A DNA stretch of 63,278 nucleotides, counting the filler, from Reclinomonas americana ATCC 50394 (lineage: Eukaryota): the NCBI GenBank assembly GCA_048213135.1. It is 14 parts of 14 records of this genome, joined end to end, with 100 filler letters (N's around TTAATTAATTAA, not from the genome) between each part and the next. Parts side by side here need not be neighbours in the genome. Positions count along the whole stretch, not along the records: positions 35,676 to 40,337 come from AFZH01017058.1; positions 40,438 to 46,755 come from AFZH01017059.1; positions 46,856 to 50,820 come from AFZH01017060.1; 11 more parts are not named here. One strand, given 5' to 3'. Below the pieces are notes generated by a model. That model ran no database searches. It was not told where the DNA came from and worked only from the letters and a program-made list of their open reading frames with translations. A program made the position numbers and the translations under genes. Shown piece after piece: positions 38,628 through 48,919 of the stretch (positions are counted from its first letter, which is position 1; each line of letters starts with the position of its first letter).

Positions 38628-39722
38628 ATGTCGCGCGCTGCTCACCCTCTCTTCCTTCTGAACAAGGTACTCGAGGGACACACTGGACAAGTGCTGTCTC
38701 TTGCTGTCACTCCCGATGGTCAGCAAGTTGTGAGTGGAGGTTCCGATAACACTGTGCGCGTGTGGTCGCTGGCAACTGGTGAGCAAGTGCGACAGTTGGT
38801 GGGACACAGCGACTGGGTGCAGTGTGTGGCTGTCACTCCCAATGGTCGGTTCATTGTGAGTGGCGATTGGGATGGCATTGTGCGTGTGTGGTCACTGGCA
38901 ACTGGTGAAGAGGTGCGACGGTTGGAAGGGCACGAAAGTAAGGTGTGGTCGGTCGCCGTTACTCCCGACAGTGAGCATCTTGTTAGTGGTGGTTGGGACA
39001 GCACGCTACGAGTGCGGTCACTGGTGACTGGAGAAGAGGTGCGTCGTTGGGAGGTTGGATGGGGTGTGTTCTCCGTCGCTGTCACTCCCGATGGGCAGCA
39101 CATCGTGAGTGGAGGTGAGGACGAGATGGCAACGTTGTGGTCGATGGAGAGTGGTGAGGAGGTACGACGGTTCGAAGGGCATGACTATGAGGTGTGGTCT
39201 TTGGCTGTCACTGCCGACGGGCAACACATCGTGACTGGCAGTCACGACGACACAGTTCGGGTGTGGTCACTGGCGAGTGGGGAAGAATTGCGATGCCTGC
39301 ACGGACACACTACGTTTGTGCGAAGTGTTGCCGTTACTCCTGATGGCACTTTCGTCGTCAGTGGGAGTTATGACAAGACAGTGCGGGTGTGGGCCTTGGC
39401 GAGCGGAGAAGAAGTGCAGCAGTTGGAGGGTCACACTGAAGTGGTGGAGTGTGTTGCTGTCGCTCCCAATGGCGAGTACGTCGTGAGTGGGAGTCAAGAC
39501 AGCACCGTGCGAGTGTGGTCCACGCCCCGCGGCCTCGCTCAGCATGAACTCCAAATAGCGCAGTCGGCGATGCTGGCTGTGCAGGAGTTGCAACGGGAGG
39601 TCGAAGAAGAAGAAGAGGCGGATTCGCGATGCCTGCCGGAGATGGTGTTGCGGTGCTTCATCGTGGAGGAGGCGGAGGTCGTGCGGTTCCGATGCTCCGC
39701 GGATCCCGAGTGGCAAGTGTGA
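38628..39722 (+). CDS. Intronless 7xWD40 protein with conserved C-terminal tail, array copy a
   Basis: ATG at 38628; seven GH..V..VAVTPDG..VSG..D.TVRVW repeats; tail RCLPEMVLRCFIVEEAEV. Confidence 0.9.
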   Translation: MSRAAHPLFLLNKVLEGHTGQVLSLAVTPDGQQVVSGGSDNTVRVWSLATGEQVRQLVGHSDWVQCVAVTPNGRFIVSGDWDGIVRVWSLATGEEVRRLEGHESKVWSVAVTPDSEHLVSGGWDSTLRVRSLVTGEEVRRWEVGWGVFSVAVTPDGQHIVSGGEDEMATLWSMESGEEVRRFEGHDYEVWSLAVTADGQHIVTGSHDDTVRVWSLASGEELRCLHGHTTFVRSVAVTPDGTFVVSGSYDKTVRVWALASGEEVQQLEGHTEVVECVAVAPNGEYVVSGSQDSTVRVWSTPRGLAQHELQIAQSAMLAVQELQREVEEEEEADSRCLPEMVLRCFIVEEAEVVRFRCSADPEWQV

Positions 39723-40079
39723 TGCACTTCAGATGGTGATGCGCGAACGCCTGGAGCATTATTTGCTGCCTCTCTCGCTTTTCTTGTGGCCCTGGGCCGC
39801 CCGGCCGAAGTGAGCGCGGAAGTGACTCGTTCTTATTATCTTTCTCTTCCTCTTTTCTCTCCTCCCTATCACACTCTCAATCCCCCTTTTTCTCAGCCTC
39901 ATCCGAGCTTGTAATGTAACTATGCCGTGCCTCTGCTTGTGCACGGTTTGCGAGCTTTCTGCAACAAGGAAGTCCCTTGGTCCGAAGACGATGACCTTCT
40001 TCAGATGTCAACGTCGATGAATCCTGCTGTCCTCGCTTGGTCTCACACACGGCCGGCACACATTCCGTCACTTGCCCCC

Positions 40080-40791
40080 ATGTCACGCACTGCTTGCCCT
40101 CTCTTCTTGCTGAACAAGGTGCTGGAGGGACGCGCTGGAGAGGTGCGAGCAGTGGCTCTCACTCCCAATGGTCAGCATGTGGTGAGTGGAAGCAGCGACC
40201 ATGTCGTGCGCGTGTGGTCACTGGTGACTGGTGAGCAAGTGCGACGGTTGGAGGGACACACCAACTGGGTGAGTTGTGTGGCTGTCACTCCCGACAGTCG
40301 GCACATCGTGAGTGGGAGCATCGATGAGACTGTGCGCNNNNNNNNNNNNNNNNNNNNNNNNNNNNNNNNNNNNNNNNNNNNTTAATTAATTAANNNNNNN
40401 NNNNNNNNNNNNNNNNNNNNNNNNNNNNNNNNNNNNNAGCGGGGACAAAACATTGCGAGTGTGGTCACTGGGTGGCGTCGAGGTGCGACGGTTGAAGGCG
40501 CACACTGACGTGGTGGAGTGTGTTGCCGTCACTCCCAATGGCGAGCATATCGTGAGTGGGAGTCGAGACAGCACCATCCGAGTGTGGTCCACGCCCCGCG
40601 GCCTCGCTCAGCATGAACTCCGAATAGCGCAGTCGGCAATGCTGGCTGTGCAGGAGTTGCAACGGGAGGTCGAAGAAGAGGAAGAGGCGGATTCGCGATG
40701 CCTGCCGGAGATGGTACTGCGGTGCTTCATTGTCGAGGATGCAGAAGTTGTGCTGTTCCGATGCTCCGCGGATCCCGAGTGGCAAGTGTGA
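40080..40791 (+). CDS. Intronless WD40 array copy b (interrupted by assembly gap)
   Basis: N-terminal repeats before the gap at 40338-40437, last repeat and tail after it; the two halves could belong to different copies. Confidence 0.75.
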
Positions 40792-41159
40792 TGCATTTCA
40801 GATGGTGGTGCACGAATGCCTGGAGCTTTGTTTGCTGCCTCTCTCGCTTTTCTTGTGGCCCTTGGCTGCCCGGTCTGTTTTCCGAAGTGAGCGCGGAAGT
40901 GACTCGTTCTAGTAACTTTCTTTTCTCTCCCTCTTTCTCGCGCTTTCTCTCTCCCTATCACTCAATCCCCTTTTTCTCAGCCTAATCCGAGCTTGCAATG
41001 TAACTATGCCGCGCCTCTGCTTGTGCACGGTTTGCTAGCTTTCTGCAACAGGGACGTCCCTTGGTCCGAAGAAGATGACCGTCTTCAAATGTCAACGTCG
41101 ATGAATCCTGCTGTCCTCGCTTGGTCTCACACGCCGGCCGGCTCTTACTCCGTCGCCCC

Positions 41160-42257
41160 ATGTCACGCGCTGCTTGCCCTCTCTTCCTCTGCAGCAGGGT
41201 ACTGGAGGGACACACTGGCCAGGTACGATCCGTGGCCGTCACTCCCGACGGCAAACACATTGTGAGTGGCAGCCTCGACAACACAGTGCGCGTGTGGTCA
41301 CTGGCGACTGGCGAGCAAGTGCGACAGTTGGTGGGACACACCGACTGGGTGCAGTGTGTAGCTGTCACTCCCAATGGTCGGCACGTCGTGAGTGGCAGCG
41401 ACGATGAAACAGTGCGAGTGTGGTCACTGGCAAGTGGAACAGAGGTGCGACGGTTGCTGGGCCACACTGGCAAGGTGTGGTCGGTCGCCGTTTCCCCCAA
41501 TAGTCAGCGCATTGTGAGTGGCGGGAAAGACAACACGGTACGAGTGTGGTCACTGGCGGCGGGGAAAGAGTTGCGGCGCTTGCCGATTCGATACGGCGCG
41601 TTCTGCGTCGCCGTCACTCCGGATGGGCAGCACGTTGTAAGTGGGGGCGGTGATGAGACAGTGGCGTTGTGGTCCATGGCGAGTGCGGAACAAGTACGGC
41701 TGTTCGAGGGACATTTCTGTGAGGTGTGGTCTGTTGCCGTTACAGCCGACGGGCAACACATCGTGAGCGGCGGTTTGGACAGTGCGATGCGTGTGTGGTC
41801 TCTGGCGGGCAGAGAAGAAGTCTGCTGCCTGAACGGGCACACTGATGCCGTGCTGTCTATCGCTCTCACTCCCGATGGTAGTCACGTCGTCAGCGGGAGC
41901 CACGACAAGACAGTGCGGGTGTGGTCACTGACGAGCGCAGAGGAAGTGTGTCGCCTAGAGGGACACACGGAGTGGGTGCAGTGCGTGGCTGTCACTTTCG
42001 ATGGTCAGCACATTGTAAGTGGGGGTGTGGACAAGACAGTGCGCGTGTGGTCCACGCCGTGCGGCCTCGCTCAGCAGGAGCTCCGCATGGCGCAGTCCGC
42101 CCTGCATGCAGTGCAGGAGTTGCAGCGGGTGGAAGAAGAAGAGGACGGCGAGGTGGGTTTGCGATGTCTGCCGGAGGTGGTGCTGCGCTGCTTTATTGTC
42201 GAGGAGGCGGAGGTTGTGGTGTTTCGCTGCTCCGCGAATCCCGAATGGCACTTGTGA
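41160..42257 (+). CDS. Intronless 7xWD40 array copy c
   Basis: Same architecture as copy a; uninterrupted ORF. Confidence 0.9.
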   Translation: MSRAACPLFLCSRVLEGHTGQVRSVAVTPDGKHIVSGSLDNTVRVWSLATGEQVRQLVGHTDWVQCVAVTPNGRHVVSGSDDETVRVWSLASGTEVRRLLGHTGKVWSVAVSPNSQRIVSGGKDNTVRVWSLAAGKELRRLPIRYGAFCVAVTPDGQHVVSGGGDETVALWSMASAEQVRLFEGHFCEVWSVAVTADGQHIVSGGLDSAMRVWSLAGREEVCCLNGHTDAVLSIALTPDGSHVVSGSHDKTVRVWSLTSAEEVCRLEGHTEWVQCVAVTFDGQHIVSGGVDKTVRVWSTPCGLAQQELRMAQSALHAVQELQRVEEEEDGEVGLRCLPEVVLRCFIVEEAEVVVFRCSANPEWHL

Positions 42258-42600
42258 ATGTAGCGAAGGCCTTCTTCTGTTGCCTGTCTCTCTCTCTCTT
42301 CTTTGGTTGGTCTTTGGCCCTTGGTGATTATCCTCGCCCTTTTCGTGAGCGTGACACTGACTCGTTCACTTCTTCTGCTTCTCGCGATTTGTGTCTCCCT
42401 TTTCTAGTTTAATGCCGCGTCGTTGCATAAACCCCCTTTCGTTGTCATCGTTACGTGAAGCAAGCTCTCGCGCGACGCCAGCCTCTCTGCACGTGCCATT
42501 TAAAAAGGCCTGCTCGACGTCGGCCAAGCCTTTCATCGCAGGACATTCATCATCCTCGTCCGTCACTCGTCGCCGTGCATTGAACCACCGTTGCATTCGA

Positions 42601-43695
42601 ATGTCAAGCGAGACTCGCCCTCTCTTCGTCTGCAGCAGGGTACTTCAGGGACACACAGGCTTTGTGTATTCTCTCGCGGTCACTCCCGACTGTCAACATG
42701 TTGTGAGCGCAAGTGAGGATACGACGGTGCGTGTGTGGTCACTGCTGACGGGAGAAGAAGTGCGACAGCTGGAGGGACACACTGACTGGGTCATGTCGGT
42801 CGCCGTTACCGCCGATGGTCAACACGTCTTGAGTGCGAGCTATGACAAATCAGTGGTGGTGTGGGTGCTGGCGACGGGCGAACTCGTGCGTCGGTTGGAG
42901 GGCCACACTGGAGGGTTGTGGTCGGTTGCTGTCACTCCCGATAGTCAGCACGTTGTGAGCACTGGCTGGGATAGCACGGTGCGAGTGTGGTCATTGGCAA
43001 GCGGCGAGGAGGTGCGACGATGCGAGGGACACCAAGGAGGTGTGTTCTCTGTCGCCGTCACTCCCGACGGCCAGCACATTGTGAGCGGAGGTGATGATGA
43101 GACAGTGCGAGTGTGGTCCCTCGCGACTGGTGACCAGGTGCGCCAAGTGATGGGGCACACTGATTGGGTGTCGTCGGTGACCGTCACCGCAGATGGTCAG
43201 CATATCGTGAGCGGAAGTGATGACCAGACTGTGCGAATGTGGTTGCTGGAGAGCGGCGAGGAGGTACGACGGCTGAGGGGGCACAATGAATGGGTGAACT
43301 CTGCTGTCGTCACTCTCGATGGTCAGTACATCGTCAGTGCGAGTCGTGACCTAACCGTGCGAGTGTGGTCGACGGTTAAAGGCGAAGAACTGCTGCGGTT
43401 GGAGGGTCACACTGACTGCGTGACATCTGTGGCTGTCGCGGCCAATGGTCAACACATCGTAAGTGGAAGCAACGACAAGACGGTACGTGTGTGGTCCACA
43501 CCGTGTGGCCTCGCTCGACTGGAGCTCCGCGTGGCGCAGTCAGCCCTGCAAGCAGTACAAGAGTTGCAGCAGGAGGAGGAGGAGGAGGAGGAGGAATCGC
43601 GGTGCCTGCCGGAGGTGGTGCTGCGCTGTTTCATGGTCGAGGAGGCGGAGGTTGTGGTGTTCCGGTGCTCCGCGAATCCCGAGTGGCACTTGTGA
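42601..43695 (+). CDS. Intronless 7xWD40 array copy d
   Basis: Same architecture; most regular repeats. Confidence 0.9.
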   Translation: MSSETRPLFVCSRVLQGHTGFVYSLAVTPDCQHVVSASEDTTVRVWSLLTGEEVRQLEGHTDWVMSVAVTADGQHVLSASYDKSVVVWVLATGELVRRLEGHTGGLWSVAVTPDSQHVVSTGWDSTVRVWSLASGEEVRRCEGHQGGVFSVAVTPDGQHIVSGGDDETVRVWSLATGDQVRQVMGHTDWVSSVTVTADGQHIVSGSDDQTVRMWLLESGEEVRRLRGHNEWVNSAVVTLDGQYIVSASRDLTVRVWSTVKGEELLRLEGHTDCVTSVAVAANGQHIVSGSNDKTVRVWSTPCGLARLELRVAQSALQAVQELQQEEEEEEEESRCLPEVVLRCFMVEEAEVVVFRCSANPEWHL

Positions 43696-43948
43696 AGCTG
43701 CCTGAATGAAGGGTCTTCAGAGCTTGTCTCTCTCTTTCTCTCAATCTGGAGGCGATGAATGAATCCCCATTTCGTATCGTTTGCGTTGCGAGAAGTAAGC
43801 ACTCACAAATCCTCTCTGGAATTGCTTTCCAGCTCGAAAGATCTGCCCTTTAATTTGATCTGCTCGACGTCTTCCTTCGCCGCAGGACTTTTCATCATCC
43901 CACTCCGCGGCCGGCTTTTTCCGAGAATTGAACCACCGTTGCATTCGA

Positions 43949-45037
43949 ATGTCACACGCCACTCACCCTCTCTTCCTCTGCACCACGGTGCTACAGGGAC
44001 ACACTAAGCATGTGTGTTCTCTCGCGGTCACACCTGACGGCCAGCATGTGGTGAGCGGTGGTGATGATGGCACAGTGCGCGTGTGGTCACTGGCGAGTGG
44101 GAAGGAGGTTCTACGATTCGAAGGACACACTGGAGGAGTGCGCAGTGTCGGTGTTGCTCCCGACGGTCAGTGCGTCGTGTGCGGGAGTCAGGGCGACGAC
44201 ACAGTGCGTGTGTGGTCTCTCGCGAGCGGCGACGAAATACGACGGTGGAAAGCCAATGCGCTGTGTCTCGCCATCACGCCCGACGGTCAGCACGTCGTGA
44301 CTGCCAGTCCAGACAACACGGTGCGAGTCTGGTCACTGGCGACGGGTAACGAGTTGCACCGATTTGTAGTTCGAAAAAGTGCGTGCTTCATGGCCGTCAC
44401 TCCCGACGGCCTGCACGTGGTGTGTCACAGCAGTTCTGGTGATGGCACACTGCGAGTGATGTCATTGGCCAGTGGCGAAGAAGAGCAGCGATTGCAGACA
44501 GACGCTGGTGTGTTTTGTCTCTCTCCGGATGGCCAACACGTTGTGATCGGGAGTGGCAGTCTTTTCGGGGGCGGCGACGTGCAAGTGTTGTCGATGGTGG
44601 ACGGGAAACAAATCCGACTGCTGGAGGGGCACACTGAATGGGTACTCTCTGTCACTGTCACCCCCGACAGTCAGCACATTGTGAGTGGCAGCTGGGACAA
44701 AACAGCGCGACTGTGGTCTCTGGCGACAGGAGAGGAAGTGCAACGGTTGGAGGGACACACCAACCGCGTTACATCAGTCGCCGTCACTCCCGATGGTCAA
44801 CACATCGTCAGTGGGAGCTGGGATAAGACGGTGCGCGTGTGGTCCACGCCGTGTGGCCTCGCTCGGCGCGAGGTCGATGTTGCGCGCATGGCCATGCTAG
44901 CAGTGCAAGAGTTGCAGCAGGAGGGGGAGGAGGAGGAATCGCGGTGCCTGCCGGAGATGGTGCTGCGCTGTTTCATGGTGGAGGAAGCGGAGGTCGTGGT
45001 GTTCCGGTGCTCAGCAAATCCCGAGTGGCACTTCTGA
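43949..45037 (+). CDS. Intronless 7xWD40 array copy e
   Basis: Same architecture; middle blades divergent, with indels. Confidence 0.9.
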   Translation: MSHATHPLFLCTTVLQGHTKHVCSLAVTPDGQHVVSGGDDGTVRVWSLASGKEVLRFEGHTGGVRSVGVAPDGQCVVCGSQGDDTVRVWSLASGDEIRRWKANALCLAITPDGQHVVTASPDNTVRVWSLATGNELHRFVVRKSACFMAVTPDGLHVVCHSSSGDGTLRVMSLASGEEEQRLQTDAGVFCLSPDGQHVVIGSGSLFGGGDVQVLSMVDGKQIRLLEGHTEWVLSVTVTPDSQHIVSGSWDKTARLWSLATGEEVQRLEGHTNRVTSVAVTPDGQHIVSGSWDKTVRVWSTPCGLARREVDVARMAMLAVQELQQEGEEEESRCLPEMVLRCFMVEEAEVVVFRCSANPEWHF

Positions 45038-45357
45038 AGGAAAATAGGGTGGGGCGAAGGCCTTCTTTTGTTGCCGTTCTCCCTCTTCTTTGGTTGGTCT
45101 TGGATCCTTGATGCTTATCGTCGCCCTTTCGTGAGCACGGCGCACTCGTCCTCTTCATCTGTTTCTCTCTCGCCTCTCCATCTCTCCCTCCCTCCTTTCT
45201 CTTCCAAGCCGGAGGTGAGGAATGAAACTCCACCTTGTATCGCGATCGTCGGCCTCGTACGAGAAGCAAGCACTTGCACATAGAGCTCTGCTCGACGGTC
45301 GACGTCGTCCTCCGTCACGATCTCACCACTCTCCTCCCCCGCGCCCTTATTCACCTC

Positions 45358-46461
45358 ATGTCCATCCCCGCAACTCGCTTCGTCTACCAGCGCCTGATAG
45401 CAGGTCACACTGGCATGGTGTACTCTGTCGCCCTCACTCCCGATGACCAGCGCATCGTGAGCGGGAGCTGGGATCACACCGTGCGTGTGTGGTCACTGGC
45501 GACTGGCGCCGAGCTGCAACGCTTTGTGGGGCACGCCGCGTGGGTGTCGACAGTCGCTGTCACTCCCAATGGCGAGTTCGCCGTGAGTGGCAGCTGGGAT
45601 AAGACAGTGCGTGTGTGGTCGTTGGCGAGTGGTGAGCAAGTGCGCCAGTTGGAGGGGCACACTGGAGCCGTCTTGGCCGTCACCGTCACTCCCAGTGGGC
45701 TGCACGTGGTGAGTGTCAGTGTTGACAAGACCGTGCGCGTGTGGTCGCTGGAGAGCGGCGACGAGGAGCGCCGCTTGGAGGGACACACGGACTTGGTGTT
45801 GTCTGTCGCCGTCACCCCCAGCGGCGAGCACATTGTGAGCGGAAGCGATGACAAGACCATACGAGTGTGGTCGTTTGTGACGGGCGAGGAGGTACGACGG
45901 TTGGAGGGGCACACAGGAGAAGTGCACTCAGTCGCCGTCACTCCCGACAGTCGACTCATAGTGAGTGGTGGGTCTGATAAAACTGTGCGCGTGTGGTCGC
46001 TGGCGTGTGGCGAGCAAGTGCGCCGGTTGGACGGCCACGATGCCTCGGTGTTCTCTGTCGCAGTCACTCGCGACGGACGGTACATTGTGAGTGCCAGTGA
46101 GGACAAGACTGTGCGGGTGTGGACTGTGGCCGGAGGTGAGCGGGTGGAATTCTTGTACGGGCGCACGCAGATTATGTTCTGTGTTGCGGTGGCTCGCCAC
46201 GGTCAGCACATTGTCAGCGGGAGTAACGACAAGATAATGCGGGCGTGGTCCACCGAGTGCGGTCTCGCCTTGATTGAGCACGATGCGGCACGCGCGGCCA
46301 TGCAAGCTGTGCAGGCGATGCAGCAGGAGAGCGAGAAGGAGGAGGAGGAGGAGCCAGGTGATCCGCGATGCCTGCCAGAGATGGTACTGCGCTGCTTCAT
46401 CGTTGAAGAGGCGGCTGTCGTCGTGCACCGATGCCTTGCGGATCCTCAGCGGCACCTGTGA
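45358..46461 (+). CDS. Intronless 7xWD40 array copy f
   Basis: Same architecture; most divergent tail, but RCLPEMVLRCFIVEEA is retained. Confidence 0.9.
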   Translation: MSIPATRFVYQRLIAGHTGMVYSVALTPDDQRIVSGSWDHTVRVWSLATGAELQRFVGHAAWVSTVAVTPNGEFAVSGSWDKTVRVWSLASGEQVRQLEGHTGAVLAVTVTPSGLHVVSVSVDKTVRVWSLESGDEERRLEGHTDLVLSVAVTPSGEHIVSGSDDKTIRVWSFVTGEEVRRLEGHTGEVHSVAVTPDSRLIVSGGSDKTVRVWSLACGEQVRRLDGHDASVFSVAVTRDGRYIVSASEDKTVRVWTVAGGERVEFLYGRTQIMFCVAVARHGQHIVSGSNDKIMRAWSTECGLALIEHDAARAAMQAVQAMQQESEKEEEEEPGDPRCLPEMVLRCFIVEEAAVVVHRCLADPQRHL

Positions 46462-46650
46462 AACGTACCGGAAGCAACCGGTGGGGCGACAAAGAACATG
46501 GCTTCCTGATCGTTCCTCTTTCTCCCTCCATTTCTGTTTCTCTCTCCCTCTCTCCTTCTAGCAAGCCGGAAAGCGGTGAATGAAAACCTTTCCTCGACGT
46601 CGTCCTCCTCGTCCGTCTCTCTTACTCACACACTCACACCCATCGACGGA

Positions 46651-47512
46651 ATGTCAAGCGCCGCGTCAGTCATTCTCCACAGCCGCGTGCTGGAGGGACA
46701 CGCGGGCGCGGTGTGGTGCGTCGCCATCACTCCCGACGATCAGTGGATTGTGAGTNNNNNNNNNNNNNNNNNNNNNNNNNNNNNNNNNNNNNNNNNNNNT
46801 TAATTAATTAANNNNNNNNNNNNNNNNNNNNNNNNNNNNNNNNNNNNNNNNNNNNGCTGTGCGATGTCTCACAATCACTGTTGATGGGCAGCACGTGGTG
46901 AGTGGCGGATATGACTGCGCGATATGCGTATGGTCACTGGCGACTGGCGAGAAAGTGCGAGAATGGGCGTCACATGATGAGGTCTCATTCTCTCTCGCCG
47001 TCACGCCGAATGGTCAGCACGTTGTGAGCGGGAGTGGCAAGTTGTTCAGAGACGGCGCCGTGCGAGTGTGGTCACTGGCAACTGGCGACGACGTGCGCGT
47101 CTTGGCGAGTGCCACTGGAGTGGTATACTCTGTTGTTGTCACTGTCGACGGTCGGTACGTCGTGAGCGGAGACGGTGACCATGCTGTCCGACTGTTTTCA
47201 CTGGCGGCGGATGGTGACGAAGTGCGACGGCTGGATGGCCATAGTGCCGCGGTCACAGCCGTTGCCGTCACTCGCGATGGCCAGCACATTGTGAGTGCTG
47301 ACCGGACAATCCGAGTGTGGTCCACTCCGCGTGGTCTTGCCCAGGGAGAGGTGGACGGAGCTCGTGTGGCCTTGCAGGCAGTGCAGGAGCTGCAGCAGGA
47401 GGGCGAGGCAGATTCGCGATGCTTGCCGGAGATGGTGCTGCGGTGCTTCATTGTGGAGGAGGCTTATGCTGTGCTGTTCAGATGCGGCACAGATCCCCGT
47501 CTGCATTTGTGA
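46651..47512 (+). CDS. Intronless WD40 array copy g (interrupted by assembly gap)
   Basis: Start before the gap at 46756-46855, C-terminal blades and tail after it. Confidence 0.75.
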
Positions 47513-47668
47513 GGCGACTGGTGGTGGCCACGTTCCTCTCCATTCTCTTGCACGCTAGAGGCGATGAATAAAACCCCACTTCGTACGAGAAGCAAGACGT
47601 CGCTCAACACGTCCAGGAAAATGGTCCTCGTCCGTCTCACTCACACACCGACACCGACTCACCATCAA

Positions 47669-48754
47669 ATGTCAAGCGCTGCTTCTGTCATTCTCGACAG
47701 CCTCGTGCTGGAGGGACACGAGGGCGGGGTGTGCAGTGTCGCCATCACTCCCGACGATCAGCATGTTGTGAGCGGGGGTGTTGACAGCGCAGTGTCTGTG
47801 TGGTCACTGGCGACTGGGAAGGAGGTTCGGCGATTCGAAGCACGTGGTGGTGGAGTGCTTTGTGTCGCCGTTGCTCCCGATGGCCAGCACATTGTGTACG
47901 GGAGTGTGGATGGCATTGTTCAAGTGTGGTCTATGGCGAGCGGTGACGAGGTGCGGTGGTGGAGGGCCGACGCATCGTCGTTCGCCATCACGCCCGATGG
48001 TCAGCACGTGGTGACTGGCGGTATTGACACGCATGTCCATGTGTGGTCTCTGGCGACTGGTGCAGAAGTGCAAGTGTTTCGCGGCCACACGAAACATGTG
48101 CGTTGTGTTACGATCACTCCTGACGGGCAGCACGTGGTGAGTGGCGGATATGACAGGACGATATGCGTATGGTCACTGGCCACTGGCGAGAAAGTGCGAG
48201 AGTGGGAATCAGATGATGAGGTCTTGTTCGCTCTCGCCGTCACTCCGGATGGTCAGCACGTTGTGAGCGGGAGTGGCAAGAGGTACAGTGTCGGCGCAGT
48301 GCGAGTGTGGTCGCTGGCGACTGGCGAACAAGTGCGCTGCTCGACGAGTGCCACTCGAGAGGTATTCTCCGTTGTTGTCACAGTCGATGGTCGGTACGTC
48401 GTGAGCGGAGACGGCGACGAGGCTGTCCGACTGTGGTCACTGGCGGATGGTGAAGAAGTGCGACGGCTGGATGGCCATTTGGCCGCGGTGACAACCGTTG
48501 CTGTCACTCGCAATGGCCAGCACATTGTGAGTGCGGATGGTTGCCAGACAATCCGAGTGTGGTCCACTCCGCATGGTCTTGCCCAGCGAGAGGTGGACGG
48601 AGCTCGTGTGGCCTTGCAGGCAGTGCAGGAGCTGCAGCAGGAGATCGAGGCGGATTCGCGATGCTTGCCGGAGATGGTGCTGCGGTGCTTCATTGTGGAG
48701 GAGGCTGAGGTTGTGCTGTTCCGGTGCAGCACAGATCCCCGTCTGCACTTGTGA
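47669..48754 (+). CDS. Intronless 7xWD40 array copy h
   Basis: Same architecture; close paralogue of g and i. Confidence 0.9.
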   Translation: MSSAASVILDSLVLEGHEGGVCSVAITPDDQHVVSGGVDSAVSVWSLATGKEVRRFEARGGGVLCVAVAPDGQHIVYGSVDGIVQVWSMASGDEVRWWRADASSFAITPDGQHVVTGGIDTHVHVWSLATGAEVQVFRGHTKHVRCVTITPDGQHVVSGGYDRTICVWSLATGEKVREWESDDEVLFALAVTPDGQHVVSGSGKRYSVGAVRVWSLATGEQVRCSTSATREVFSVVVTVDGRYVVSGDGDEAVRLWSLADGEEVRRLDGHLAAVTTVAVTRNGQHIVSADGCQTIRVWSTPHGLAQREVDGARVALQAVQELQQEIEADSRCLPEMVLRCFIVEEAEVVLFRCSTDPRLHL

Positions 48755-48919
48755 GGCGACTGGTGGTGGCCACGTTCCTCTCCTTTCTCTTGCACGCTGG
48801 ATGCGATGAATAAAACCCCACTTCGTACGAGAAGCAAGACGTCGCTCAACACGTCCAGGAAAATGGTCCTCGTCCGTCTCACTCACACCGACACCGACAC
48901 CGACTCACACCATCATCAA

